From: a virus
Lineage: Duplodnaviria; Caudoviricetes
Reading direction: 5' to 3' (one strand)
Virus record (IMG/VR): IMGVR_UViG_3300047548_000110
Span: 1 to 54,579 of that record
Length of the DNA stretch: 54,579 nucleotides
Part shown: piece after piece, positions 26,565 through 36,366 of the stretch
Layout of the letters: each line of letters opens with the position of its first letter
Numbering within the stretch: the stretch's first letter is position 1
The notes under the pieces: model-generated
Told to the model about the DNA's origin: nothing
Database searches by the model: none
The model's input: only the letters and a program-made list of their open reading frames with translations
Position numbers and translations under genes: made by a program

Positions 26565-26989
26565 CAGTTGCTCGCTGGCCAAGTTAGTTGAAGGGATGCC
26601 AACTGATCTACAGTTGTGCAGGCGTTTACAGCAGACTCATTTACATTTGATGCTTGTCGAATAGCGGCTCTTGCGGCAAGTGTTTCAGAATCAACTGCCA
26701 CGCTCGTCTCCGATGCGCGGATCACTTTCCAATCTGTCGGAGCAAGCAGACTTCCAGCGGTTGTCTTGATCTGGTTAATCATGTTGGCTTTGCACTGACC
26801 CAGATCTTTGGGATTACCCGGCCCCCAATAGAAGCGGTCATCATAACGATCAGGATCAGGAGCTTCAGTGATGCCGATGGCCTGCTTTTCAGCAAGCGTA
26901 GTCAGACGCAGCCAGTTGGCTGGGTACTGCACATCGTTGTGCGTGAACGGCGTGTCAAGCGCCAGCGGTTTGTTGTTAAGCATGAACAT
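26564..26989 (-). CDS. tail fibre assembly/chaperone-like protein
   Basis: QYPANWL, DDRFYW, LLAPTDWKVIR, follows the fibre gene. Confidence 0.65.
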   Translation of the reverse strand: MFMLNNKPLALDTPFTHNDVQYPANWLRLTTLAEKQAIGITEAPDPDRYDDRFYWGPGNPKDLGQCKANMINQIKTTAGSLLAPTDWKVIRASETSVAVDSETLAARAAIRQASNVNESAVNACTTVDQLASLQLTWPASN

Positions 26990-26992
26990 CGT

Positions 26993-29272
26993 TTACCTCG
27001 CTAATGCGTATTTAAATGGGTTTTCCGCGAAGGCCGCAAAGATGTATGTGACTCCACTTCCGTTTGCGTTTCCGCCTCTTATCTTTGCACCATTAGATAA
27101 AATATCAAAAGCGCGGTCTGGAAGTTCTGCTACAGCTGATTCGGCAAGTAAGCCATTTATCGCAAGGTTGTACGGGCTTCTTTCTGTGTCCATCATGATC
27201 CAGCTACCTACGCCGCCAGAAGCTGATTTAAACATCACAAACCTTGGCCTAAAACCACAATATAAGAATGGCCCATCAGGCGACCCGTTGCCTATGTAGC
27301 TACCGAACTTGGAAAAGCCCTCTACTTCTGCAAATAGGTAAGCTACCAAAGTTCTACCGTTTCCGTTCGACGTAAGGTCTGCTCCAACAGAAAATACTGA
27401 TAAAGTTGGAAGGGTGCCATCCCACACAGTAGCCGAGGGTGCTTTGGCGCTTGTGCTTTCAAGCAAAAGATATTCAGTAGCTGATAATGCATCATGCCAC
27501 ACACCCCAACTTGATACAGCACTACGGCCTTTCACAATCATCATCTTTGGCGCAACACCAAGGTTGTGCGCGATGGTTCTTGCGACACCTGTGCCCGTAT
27601 ACGTCACAATATCAAAGCCAGCCACTGGAGTTTCTTTCCATTGCCAGCCGACCACCGTTGTTCCGTTAGGCCAGTTGGCAGATCCCAGAGAAAATCCGTT
27701 TGAATTAAAACTGAGTAGGTAATTCGGTGCTGACGCTTCCGCGTTTGTCAGGTTAGAAATCAGGTATTGAGACACCCCTCTAGCTGAATCAATTAATGCA
27801 TGGTCGCCGGTAGAGCTTCTTGGTTTTGTCCAGAGTAGGTTGGGCTGCATCCCGCCGCTATTTGTAATAGTCTGCGGCGTAGTTCCTGTTGCTGTGTATG
27901 TCGTCGCATCAAAATACTGATTACCCTTCACAATCGTCGGTGTCGGCAGGTTCAGCGTGTTTAGTGCTTTGAAGCCGGTCGGCGGTGTGTAGACAAAGGG
28001 GCGCTGGCCGAAGTTGACGTTATAAGAAGCTGCGCCGGAAGCCGATCCAGCGCCCCCGGCCATAACAAAACCACCGGCTGTCGGTGCTGCAGTTATAACG
28101 CCTTGTGATACGCCATTTTTAAAAAATTCAACTGTGCTGCTATCGATGTCGATTGCACACCCCAAGACATCGTTGGTTGTGTATGAGGCACCGTAGGCTG
28201 CCCAAGAACCCTTATATCGTTGACCAGAAATGTCGTACAAAGCATTGGGCGCACCAAAATACTGGGTTTGAGCCACCGCCGATGAAGATGCAACAACGAC
28301 TTCAAAGTAATACTTACCAGACAACGGCAACCAGATGGAGGAATGAGCGATCCAACTACTCCCGTTTGGAGCCGTTATCGTAAGGTTTCCATTAGTAATG
28401 CTGCTCGTTCCAACAACGTAACGCTCCAATATGTCTAGCGGATTCAAAACCGCATAATTCCCCCGCCCATTCCCGCCATCAGCCCACATGGTCGGCACAT
28501 CCAGCATCGAGTCGTATGTCGCGCCAGCAGTCACGCTGATATTGTTCGGTGTCCAGTTGTTGCCGTTACCTGAATAGTCCTTACCAATAGCTGCTGCGGT
28601 GGCCGCGCTGTTGTCGCTGAAGTTTAGGTAGAAGCCGTTTGTACCGTATGTGCCTGAGTATGCAATCGGTTGCCACACTCCTGTTGTTGGGTCTGTTTGC
28701 CCGAATGATGATGGGGTAAGTGCCTGACCGTCGATGAAGTTTATCTCGGTTAGGTAGCCATCAAAATATTGAACACGAGCACCTGCATTAGAACCGCTGA
28801 TTGACTGCTCTATATTATTGTTGATTTGCGTAGTAGTATTTTGCGTATATGTAGTAAATGTCAAAGTTTGTTGAACGCCATTGACCCAAATTTTTACGCC
28901 ATTGCTGTTTATTGCTTGCGTAGTATCAACAGCAACGACAAAGTGATACCAAGAAGATGGGTCACGAAAAACTGCCGATGTTCCTGCGGTTAAGGTAGAG
29001 GCCCCACCAACCACGTTTACAACAAAAAACTGGTCACCGTTAAATGCTAATCCACTATAGTTTGTTGCGTTTGTGCCGCCAAAAAAAACATACTGAACTA
29101 GTCCTAGCGCACCGCGCTTTATCCAACCACTCCAAGTCCAAGTGCGACGGTTGCTTGCGACAGAAGGAGTTCGATTCAAATACGCAGACACGCCAGAACG
29201 CAACCGAACAGACCGGCTGATTTTGTAGCCACCAGATGAAAGCAACAGCGAATTGCCAATCATCGCGTTCAT
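26993..29272 (-). CDS. tail fibre/receptor-binding protein with ConA/LamG-like and SPRY-like domains
   Basis: SVRL..., TWTWSGWIKR, RDPSSWYH, FIDGQALTPSSFG, GKYYFEV, NFGQRPF, YIFAAFAENPF. Confidence 0.8.
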   Translation of the reverse strand: MNAMIGNSLLLSSGGYKISRSVRLRSGVSAYLNRTPSVASNRRTWTWSGWIKRGALGLVQYVFFGGTNATNYSGLAFNGDQFFVVNVVGGASTLTAGTSAVFRDPSSWYHFVVAVDTTQAINSNGVKIWVNGVQQTLTFTTYTQNTTTQINNNIEQSISGSNAGARVQYFDGYLTEINFIDGQALTPSSFGQTDPTTGVWQPIAYSGTYGTNGFYLNFSDNSAATAAAIGKDYSGNGNNWTPNNISVTAGATYDSMLDVPTMWADGGNGRGNYAVLNPLDILERYVVGTSSITNGNLTITAPNGSSWIAHSSIWLPLSGKYYFEVVVASSSAVAQTQYFGAPNALYDISGQRYKGSWAAYGASYTTNDVLGCAIDIDSSTVEFFKNGVSQGVITAAPTAGGFVMAGGAGSASGAASYNVNFGQRPFVYTPPTGFKALNTLNLPTPTIVKGNQYFDATTYTATGTTPQTITNSGGMQPNLLWTKPRSSTGDHALIDSARGVSQYLISNLTNAEASAPNYLLSFNSNGFSLGSANWPNGTTVVGWQWKETPVAGFDIVTYTGTGVARTIAHNLGVAPKMMIVKGRSAVSSWGVWHDALSATEYLLLESTSAKAPSATVWDGTLPTLSVFSVGADLTSNGNGRTLVAYLFAEVEGFSKFGSYIGNGSPDGPFLYCGFRPRFVMFKSASGGVGSWIMMDTERSPYNLAINGLLAESAVAELPDRAFDILSNGAKIRGGNANGSGVTYIFAAFAENPFKYALAR

Positions 29273-30609
29273 TATTTTACGTCCTGCAAGAAGTTGGCAA
29301 TTATCTTCGTCGTGCTTGCCACATAGAATGCAATCACATCAACCGCAGAAGCTGTTGCAGTCAGTGATGGGACACCGCCATTTGAAAAGTCCCAGTACGA
29401 CCCGAACGCCATTGTCCGAGGTGTAGCGCCCTGTGTAATCACGATCACGCCATACTGACCAGCAGTCATGTTGGTTGGGTTTGCTAATGTCGTGTTTTCA
29501 GTTGTGGTATGGGTGAAGTTGTTTGCAAGGTTCAAGTCAACGGCAATAGAGCCAGCAGAACTTGTCAGAGCAGTGAGCGCACCGTTTGATGCCTTTTGTA
29601 CGATGAGGCGTTGTGATGTTTCTATACGAACCGCCTCGCTGCCTCCGGTGTAGAAGGTCATGGGGAGGTAGGTGCCAGTGCCTGTGATGCCAGAAACCAA
29701 TCGCACATCTGATGCGCCCTGAGTTCTTATTTGTCCAAAAGCAGCATTTGTAGGGTCTGAGTTATCAAAAAATGCTATTCCAGAAATAACAGAAGTTCCG
29801 TTTGGCAGCGCTATCAAAGCAGTTTGAGAATTTGTTGTACTGCTCTGAAACGCAACACGGTTAGCAATTGTTGCATTGCTGAAGTCGCCGGTGATCCTCG
29901 GAGCAGTACCACCAAACGTATAAGTGCCTGTTGCGTCAGCAGCGATGCGGAGCTTCTCTGACCCAAAGGTGGAGAAGGTCATTGGCAGGTAAGTGCCTGT
30001 GCCTGTGATGCCAGAATTTACAACTACCTGATCTGATTGCGCTCTAAGTTGTGCAATAGATGCATTTGTCGGGTCTGAATTGTTATATGCAACATATCCA
30101 GCAATTGAACTTGTGCCGTTAGGAATCGCTTGAAGATTTGTTGCTCCATTGGTGACGCTATTCTGAAACGCCACACGGTTAGCAACCGTCGCATTGCTGA
30201 AGTCGCCGGTGATGCGGTTCCCTGTGCTGGTAAAGACTAGATTGCCGGAAAGCGAAGTGTTGCCAGCAATCGTGAGCTTTTCTGTGATAGAGGTCGTGCC
30301 GATACCAACATTACCCGTTGCATCAACTGCAAATGGGGTGCTGTCTGGGTTTGTGCTGTCCTCAACCAATAAAGAATAACCGGAGCCTCTCTGCGTAATT
30401 CTGACCGCAGCAGACGCGCTATTGACATCAATCGTCACCGGGACGTTGTAATCAGCGCCCGAGGAGATCAGGACAACATTACCGAGCGCATCAAGGGTAT
30501 ACAGGCGCTTATCAACTACGTTGACCGCCAATTCGCCCTGCACAAGCTGACCAGCAGATGGCACAACGCCCGCAGAAGCATTATTTTTCGTGATAATCGT
30601 TACTGGCAT
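29272..30609 (-). CDS. tail fibre protein with internal duplication
   Basis: GELAVNVVDKRLY N-terminus, GNVGIGT, two ~100-aa RITGDFSNAT...GTYLPMTF repeats. Confidence 0.75.
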   Translation of the reverse strand: MPVTIITKNNASAGVVPSAGQLVQGELAVNVVDKRLYTLDALGNVVLISSGADYNVPVTIDVNSASAAVRITQRGSGYSLLVEDSTNPDSTPFAVDATGNVGIGTTSITEKLTIAGNTSLSGNLVFTSTGNRITGDFSNATVANRVAFQNSVTNGATNLQAIPNGTSSIAGYVAYNNSDPTNASIAQLRAQSDQVVVNSGITGTGTYLPMTFSTFGSEKLRIAADATGTYTFGGTAPRITGDFSNATIANRVAFQSSTTNSQTALIALPNGTSVISGIAFFDNSDPTNAAFGQIRTQGASDVRLVSGITGTGTYLPMTFYTGGSEAVRIETSQRLIVQKASNGALTALTSSAGSIAVDLNLANNFTHTTTENTTLANPTNMTAGQYGVIVITQGATPRTMAFGSYWDFSNGGVPSLTATASAVDVIAFYVASTTKIIANFLQDVK

Positions 30610-30837
30610 TTAAACCTCCAAAGGCGCATCTGGGCGCGTGAACGGGAGCGTGATGTTCTCCGTCTGTCTTGCAGGCAGTCGATAGGGATCAAGGTCGTCC
30701 AGATCCTCGCGGCAAACGCGCAGGCCCGGGCTATTGGGGTCTGCATACAGATCCGCAATCGACATCTTGCGCCTGCATCGATCGCACACACCGATGCCAT
30801 AAGTTGATTTACCCGTTGGGTCGTACCAGATACTCAT
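30610..30837 (-). CDS. small Cys-containing virion-module protein
   Basis: GVCDRCRRK...PGLRVC...DPYRLP..TRPD. Confidence 0.65.
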   Translation of the reverse strand: MSIWYDPTGKSTYGIGVCDRCRRKMSIADLYADPNSPGLRVCREDLDDLDPYRLPARQTENITLPFTRPDAPLEV

Positions 30838-31823
30838 CGTGTGTACACCGCAATGTTGGGAGTGAAATAAATCGGAGAGTTGTCTCGTTCCTCGATCTCC
30901 GCCTCGTTGAGCGCCCGCATGGCCTTCTGATCAAGCACAGGCAGCATACTTGGGTCTACCTGCGGCAATTCCTCGGCCAGCCGCGCGGCAAGCTGATAGA
31001 CGATCGCCTCGAACCAACGCTGGGGAACCTCGATCTCCTCGGTCAGCGTCCCAACGTCCATGATGTACCGCTTCACATAGGTCACCACTTGCCCGAGCGC
31101 CTGAGACTCGTTTGGCACAGGCCAGATGTACATCACAGGCTCATTCAGGGTACGATCAAGCCAGAACTGGAGCGGCTTGCCGGTGAAGGTCTTGTTGGGA
31201 AGGTTGGCATAGCTGTCGCGGTTCAGGCGGGCCATGACGATCTCGTTGGGTGTATTGCCAACCAGAACCTCGTCCTGATCCAGCAAGCCACCCGGAGCAA
31301 TCACGCGAAAATAGCGCATGGCCATGCTGCCATCGATGTCAGTCCAAGTCCATTCACCCGCTGTCTGGTTCGGGTTCGAGACGCTTTCGACAGTTGTCCA
31401 GACCACACCGTCCGGGCTGGTTTGCAGATTGTAGGCAACCGACGCGCCAAGCCAGTGGACACCCACCGTGGTGACAATCTCAGCCGTTCCCAGATCGAAT
31501 GTGACCCGATCCACCAGAACGGTCTCTGTGGCCGGGGTCAGGTACTGGATGGTGCGGTAATTGGTATTGAGCAGGTCAACGATGCCGTTGCCTACAGGAA
31601 CCGCCGCCTCGTTCTCGTAGAGGGGCAGGATCAACTTCTCGATACACCAAAGCTGAAGACCTCGGTTGGCCAGCATGGACAGGATCAGGTACAGAGTCTC
31701 CTGCGCCGCTGTCATCTGCTCGCCACCCACCCCCTCGGGAGGCAGGCGGCATTTACGAAACGCATGGTCAATAACCTTGCGCGTATTGAATACCGTCATC
31801 GAAACTGTGCCAGAAACCGCCAC
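30834..31823 (-). CDS. head-tail connector/adaptor with inserted beta-sandwich
   Basis: SGT..F, ANRGLQLWCIE, NLPNK...GKPLQFW.DR, IWPVP; insert LQTSPDGVVWTTV...RYFRV (discoidin-like). Confidence 0.6.
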   Translation of the reverse strand: MAVSGTVSMTVFNTRKVIDHAFRKCRLPPEGVGGEQMTAAQETLYLILSMLANRGLQLWCIEKLILPLYENEAAVPVGNGIVDLLNTNYRTIQYLTPATETVLVDRVTFDLGTAEIVTTVGVHWLGASVAYNLQTSPDGVVWTTVESVSNPNQTAGEWTWTDIDGSMAMRYFRVIAPGGLLDQDEVLVGNTPNEIVMARLNRDSYANLPNKTFTGKPLQFWLDRTLNEPVMYIWPVPNESQALGQVVTYVKRYIMDVGTLTEEIEVPQRWFEAIVYQLAARLAEELPQVDPSMLPVLDQKAMRALNEAEIEERDNSPIYFTPNIAVYTR

Positions 31824-31892
31824 TTTGTATCTCCTATAAGTCGCAGTTCGCTGGATCAGCGATCTCGGGTGACTACATTATAAATTGCAGGA

Positions 31893-33026
31893 TTAGTATT
31901 TAGGGGTGCGACTGAAGGTCGGAACACCACCTTTTTTCAGCTTGGTCAGTGGCTTGCCGGGGTGCATAGCAGCCTCGTGCTTGTGGACAGCCTTCTTGAC
32001 AATCTTCTTGTCCATCGCAACGTCAGAATGCACCTCGCCGCCCTTCTTCTTGCCCATCACCGCATCGTAAACAGAACGAGCGCCCTCACCGATCTTGCGG
32101 GGGATGTACATCAGGGCATCCTGTGCAGCCTTACGGTCAGCGCGATTCTCGGCTTCCTCACGCTCATAATGCTCGCGGTAGCCACGCTCCTGAGCCTGAT
32201 CCATCTTCTTGTTGCGAGCCTCTTCCATCATCTGCTTCTCACGAGCAGTCATCGCGCCAGCGCCCTTCTTTGGGCCTGCCAGTGACTTCTGGCGGGCGTT
32301 GTCGCGGGCAATATCCTGTTCGGTGACAGTGCCGCCACCAGCGTAGCAAGCCTCGCCACCCTTCTTGTAGGGCTTTCTCTCGATCTCAGCGTCCAACTCT
32401 TTGAAAGCCGACCGGGCGCGATCCTGCGGAGACATCTTGCTGCGGTCTGGGCCGCGCATACGCTGCATCTGAGTGTCAGCAGCAGCCCTGCGGCGGTCAA
32501 ACTCTTGCTTGCTGACTTCCTCGTTGTTGTGCATATACTTGCCATTGACCTCCCGGAACACGTTTTGGGACGAAATATTGGACTCGGCAGCACCGCCCTG
32601 CTGGTATCCCTTGGCCTTGCCGCCCTTCTTCAGCGCGGTCAGAGCGCCCTCACGCTCCTCATGCTTGATCAGCTTGGCAGGAGCGCCCGCTTTCTTGAGC
32701 AGGGCGACCTCTTTCTTGACGATGGCCTCTGGCTCCATCTTCATGCCGACCAATTTCTCGGATTTCACGCGAGTTTTGGCTTCGCCGCCCTTTTTGTAGC
32801 CAGCATCACGCTTTTCCGACAGGGCAATAGCGATTGCCTGCTTCGGATTCTTCACAATCGGGCCTTTTGACGAGCCGGAATGCAATTTTCCGCTCTTAAA
32901 CTCGCCCATTACCTTGGAAACCTTGGCTTGACCCTTGGTTTCGCCGCCGCGAGCGTAACCTTTGGTGGTCGGACGCTCTTTTGGCGCTGAAAATGTGAAT
33001 TCACCGTACTTGAGGTTCTTTCCCAT
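31893..33026 (-). CDS. basic low-complexity protein with DUF6496-like segment and 8 xxGG motifs
   Basis: KVMGEFKSGKLHSG...KQAIAIALSE; repeats YARGG, YKKGG, LKKGG, YQQGG, YAGGG, KKKGG. Confidence 0.65.
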   Translation of the reverse strand: MGKNLKYGEFTFSAPKERPTTKGYARGGETKGQAKVSKVMGEFKSGKLHSGSSKGPIVKNPKQAIAIALSEKRDAGYKKGGEAKTRVKSEKLVGMKMEPEAIVKKEVALLKKAGAPAKLIKHEEREGALTALKKGGKAKGYQQGGAAESNISSQNVFREVNGKYMHNNEEVSKQEFDRRRAAADTQMQRMRGPDRSKMSPQDRARSAFKELDAEIERKPYKKGGEACYAGGGTVTEQDIARDNARQKSLAGPKKGAGAMTAREKQMMEEARNKKMDQAQERGYREHYEREEAENRADRKAAQDALMYIPRKIGEGARSVYDAVMGKKKGGEVHSDVAMDKKIVKKAVHKHEAAMHPGKPLTKLKKGGVPTFSRTPKY

Positions 33027-33028
33027 GA

Positions 33029-33211
33029 CTATTTCCTTTTCTGCGCCACGCGCATATTGTCTACAAGGGTTGGGTAGGGGCGACCAGCGGCTTTTGCAGC
33101 CCGCTTCGCAGCCGATTTTTGGTCTGACGAGAGCTTTTTAGGCTCCGGCAGATCCTTTGGGCGGGACTTGTCCCAAGGTGCTTTGACCTTGCCGCCCCTC
33201 TTGAATGCCAT
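33029..33211 (-). CDS. small basic protein
   Basis: MAFKRGGKV...AGRPYPTLVDNM. Confidence 0.6.
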   Translation of the reverse strand: MAFKRGGKVKAPWDKSRPKDLPEPKKLSSDQKSAAKRAAKAAGRPYPTLVDNMRVAQKRK

Positions 33212-33227
33212 TTTCTGACCGATCATG

Positions 33228-33527
33228 TCAGCAATCCCACTTTCTCAGTGCCTTGTTGATCCGGGAGTCAGGATCTTTGGCTGTTTTGGATGATGTCAGC
33301 TTCGACTTCATGCCCTCCATGCGGGCGCAGAATGAACTGCGACGCGCAGCCTTAGCTGGACTCTTTGCTGCCGCCTCCTTGGACACCGGAGGCTTCAGAT
33401 TACTGCCTGTGGCCTTATTGTAGGCATCCCGGCCCGCTTGATTCAAGCCGCCTTCAGGGTTCTTGTGCTTAGCAGTCAAGTTAACCTGACCTCCTTTTGC
33501 AAAGTGCCAACCCTTAATGATCGCCAT
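33228..33527 (-). CDS. small basic phage protein (GGLN...RxSFCARM family)
   Basis: KNPEGGLNQAGR...RRSSFCARM...SRINKALRKWDC. Confidence 0.7.
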   Translation of the reverse strand: MAIIKGWHFAKGGQVNLTAKHKNPEGGLNQAGRDAYNKATGSNLKPPVSKEAAAKSPAKAARRSSFCARMEGMKSKLTSSKTAKDPDSRINKALRKWDC

Positions 33528-33529
33528 GA

Positions 33530-35542
33530 TTATGCCCAGTTACCGATCTGGGTATCAGCGCCAGTAGCACCGACAGGCCAGAGCATAACGTTAGAGCCAG
33601 CAACAACGGTCACGGAAGTACCGACCGCAGTCAAACCAAAGCTGAAGTCAATCGTACCGGCAACGCTCACATCAAACGAGCCACGAATCCTCGCCGTGAA
33701 TGCACCTGCGGCAGCGCCAGAAGCAGCAGACACGGTCACCAGTGTATTGAAGCCAGTAGTGATTCGGTTCTGCATCATACTTGCAGCCGTTGGGGTTACA
33801 GCAGATGCAGCGAAGAACGAGATCACCTCATAATCGTGCGCCGTGATCGTGGCCCCCGTGGCCAAAGCATATTGCAGGGATTTCGCAGTGGCCGCTGTAT
33901 TGGTGATGGTGACGTTTGCCTCATACTGGTATCGCGTACCAGCCTGCACAGCTACAGCCTTACCAAAGAGCGACTGGATGGTCGTGATAGCGCCATTACC
34001 AGTGCGGTCAGCATTAAGCTGGAACATCTGCATGGCCTGCAAAACAGCCCGCTCAGTACCGTTCGGCGTGAAGTACAGAGAGCGCCCCTCATACTCCATT
34101 GACCCTTGAAATGGCGTTGTCAACAGCACACCGGGGTCAAGATCCATCAGGGCGGTAGTGGCAGTGCCAGCGCCAGCATGAATCCACGCCGTGTTGTCTG
34201 GGATCGTGCCAGCGCCAAATGGCTGCGGCGTGTAGATCACCTCACCAACACGAAACTTCTCAGATGCAGGAGCGCCAGCAGACATAGTCCTAAAGACCAT
34301 GTTGAATTCTTCGCTCAGCGCAGTGACAACAGTCGCAACCGACTCAATTACGCCGCCGATTTCATTATTGTTATTTGTTGTCTCTGTCTCAAATTGCATC
34401 GACGTACCAATTCCAATGGCTGGCGGATTGGAAGTCGTATGAGTCAGACGAAGAATTGGCGTGACCGTATTTGTCGCAGCATCTTGCCGTACAGCATGAA
34501 TGCTGGTTGATGGTGCATCTGTATTGATACCAAGGAATTTGTCATTGGTGATACGCATGACTTCAGTGCCAGCAATACCATCAATCATGAGGGCAAATGC
34601 CATATCAAAATCTTCGATGTTTAATCCAAGATTTTGGGCTTGGGTATAGATAGCACCACCAGCCCTAAAGACATTTGACGAAGTCTCTGTCGCAAAATCA
34701 ATTGCAGTACCAATACCTATTGCTGGAGCGCCGCTCGTCGCATGAGTGAATCGAGCTACAGCTACCGGGGCATTGTTGACCGCATCATTAACAAAAACCT
34801 CGAGTTGCGTATTTGGGGCAGATGTACCAATACCGACCCGACCTGTGCTTTTCAGGCGTATGACCTCAGCCGGTGAAGCGCCATTCAGCATTAAGTTAAA
34901 TGCAAAGTCGAAGTCCTCAACACCAGTCGAAGCATCAACCTCAATCGCGTTAATAGATGCGCCAAGCTTCGCGATGCCAGCATTGTTCTCCGCAACGAAC
35001 TCCATCCCAACACCGATACCATTGCCAGCAGCGCCGCTAGAAGTCAAATGCTCTAAGCGCAGGCCGGGGGTAACAGTGCTGAGGTTTGTGTCGGATGCAA
35101 CACCGTGGAAAGTAGCGGCAGGGGCACTCGTACCAAGGCCAAGGCGATATGTGCTAGTGACCCGCATCACCTCAGACGATGTGCCGCTGACGATCAGCTT
35201 GAGAATGTTGTCGAAGCTTTCTGTGCCAGCATTTGGGTTTGTGCAGACGGACTGAATGTCCATGCTGTCTACAAGTGAGCCAGCAGCATTCTGCGAATTA
35301 AATTGAATGCCGACACCAAATCCAGCGGCTACAGTGCCGGATGTGGTGTGCTCGAAAACAGCGGCATTCGATACCGTGTTTGTTGCGCCATCAGAGATGA
35401 TAAATGTCGGATTGTCCGAAACATACGTCTTGATCTGCGCCGCCGTGAGCTTGACAGACACAGACGATTGAACAGACTCAAACTGCTCAAGCCCTGTTAG
35501 GGCAGTACCAAGCGGTAACGCAGGTATGGTTATGTAAGCCAT
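33530..35542 (-). CDS. fibre-like protein with four ~105-aa repeats
   Basis: Repeats of H[TLA]TS...G[IF]G...F..E...EV[MI]R...[LV]G[IL]xT. Confidence 0.7.
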   Translation of the reverse strand: MAYITIPALPLGTALTGLEQFESVQSSVSVKLTAAQIKTYVSDNPTFIISDGATNTVSNAAVFEHTTSGTVAAGFGVGIQFNSQNAAGSLVDSMDIQSVCTNPNAGTESFDNILKLIVSGTSSEVMRVTSTYRLGLGTSAPAATFHGVASDTNLSTVTPGLRLEHLTSSGAAGNGIGVGMEFVAENNAGIAKLGASINAIEVDASTGVEDFDFAFNLMLNGASPAEVIRLKSTGRVGIGTSAPNTQLEVFVNDAVNNAPVAVARFTHATSGAPAIGIGTAIDFATETSSNVFRAGGAIYTQAQNLGLNIEDFDMAFALMIDGIAGTEVMRITNDKFLGINTDAPSTSIHAVRQDAATNTVTPILRLTHTTSNPPAIGIGTSMQFETETTNNNNEIGGVIESVATVVTALSEEFNMVFRTMSAGAPASEKFRVGEVIYTPQPFGAGTIPDNTAWIHAGAGTATTALMDLDPGVLLTTPFQGSMEYEGRSLYFTPNGTERAVLQAMQMFQLNADRTGNGAITTIQSLFGKAVAVQAGTRYQYEANVTITNTAATAKSLQYALATGATITAHDYEVISFFAASAVTPTAASMMQNRITTGFNTLVTVSAASGAAAGAFTARIRGSFDVSVAGTIDFSFGLTAVGTSVTVVAGSNVMLWPVGATGADTQIGNWA

Positions 35543-36127
35543 TTATGCCACCTGCTGGATGGTGATAATTGCAGACGGTGTTGCTGGACGAGTTGGGTTA
35601 ATTTGAGGCGCAATATGAGAAAGCTCAACAGCGGAATTATTTGCAGACCACACAACTTGCACAAAATCATTTGGATTTACTGCAATCCCCATAATGTTCC
35701 AAGCGGCGACAATCTTTCCTGAGTTACCCCCGTGACTGGAGGGAACATCAATCTCAGTGTTTGAGCTTGGATAGTCAACGCCATTAAGACGAATCCAAAA
35801 GCTTGCGGTATGTATTTGCTGGTCTGAATTCGCAAGCTGAAACGAAAACATCAAGTTATATACACCCGGATTTGCAATCGTTATTTCCGTGTTATTGACA
35901 ATAGAAATGCCTTGTGAAAACGCTGTGTTCTCAACGATTACAGGGTTCGCTGTATTTGCTACATAGTTCTGATCGAGGACGCTATAAAAAGAACCGTGGT
36001 TTGTTATCACGGCGTTGATGTCGTCGATAGTGGTTTGGACGTTTGCGCCGCTTTGAACAAGAGGAACAAGCTCTGCGCCAGTAAGCGTAGATGCGGCAGT
36101 CATTGCCGAAATTTTAGTGTTAGCCAT
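35543..36127 (-). CDS. virion fibre/decoration protein
   Basis: MANTKISAM..LTGAELVPLVQSG N-terminus; GVYNLMFSFQL...TPSAIITIQQV beta-sandwich. Confidence 0.65.
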   Translation of the reverse strand: MANTKISAMTAASTLTGAELVPLVQSGANVQTTIDDINAVITNHGSFYSVLDQNYVANTANPVIVENTAFSQGISIVNNTEITIANPGVYNLMFSFQLANSDQQIHTASFWIRLNGVDYPSSNTEIDVPSSHGGNSGKIVAAWNIMGIAVNPNDFVQVVWSANNSAVELSHIAPQINPTRPATPSAIITIQQVA

Positions 36128-36366
36128 CAGCCAACCTCCAATTGAATGTTGCCGCTAGTCTCCATCAGGAATACGCCTGTGGTTTCCATTGCGATGAACG
36201 AAACCGCGACCGGGGCTGCGCCTCCATAGAGATCCACAACCCCGCCATCGCCAACGTATTCACCAAAAGTTGCCGACGTAGTGACGTTCTTGGCGACAAC
36301 ACCCTCAGCAAACCCGTCAGTGGTGTTTGCTTGATTCGCTACGCCAGAGTAGCCAACGTAAGGCAT
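36127..36366 (-). CDS. small virion protein
   Basis: 79 aa; C-terminal IAMETTGVFLMETSGNIQLE. Confidence 0.6.
   Translation of the reverse strand: MPYVGYSGVANQANTTDGFAEGVVAKNVTTSATFGEYVGDGGVVDLYGGAAPVAVSFIAMETTGVFLMETSGNIQLEVG

Noticed and set aside
29640-30220. Diversity-generating retroelement TR/VR pair in the fibre gene
   Set aside because: Both repeats are in-frame coding, the differences are not adenine-specific, and no reverse transcriptase is present
30669-31883. 404-aa plus-strand ORF
   Set aside because: Antisense shadow of the adaptor gene in a GC-rich region
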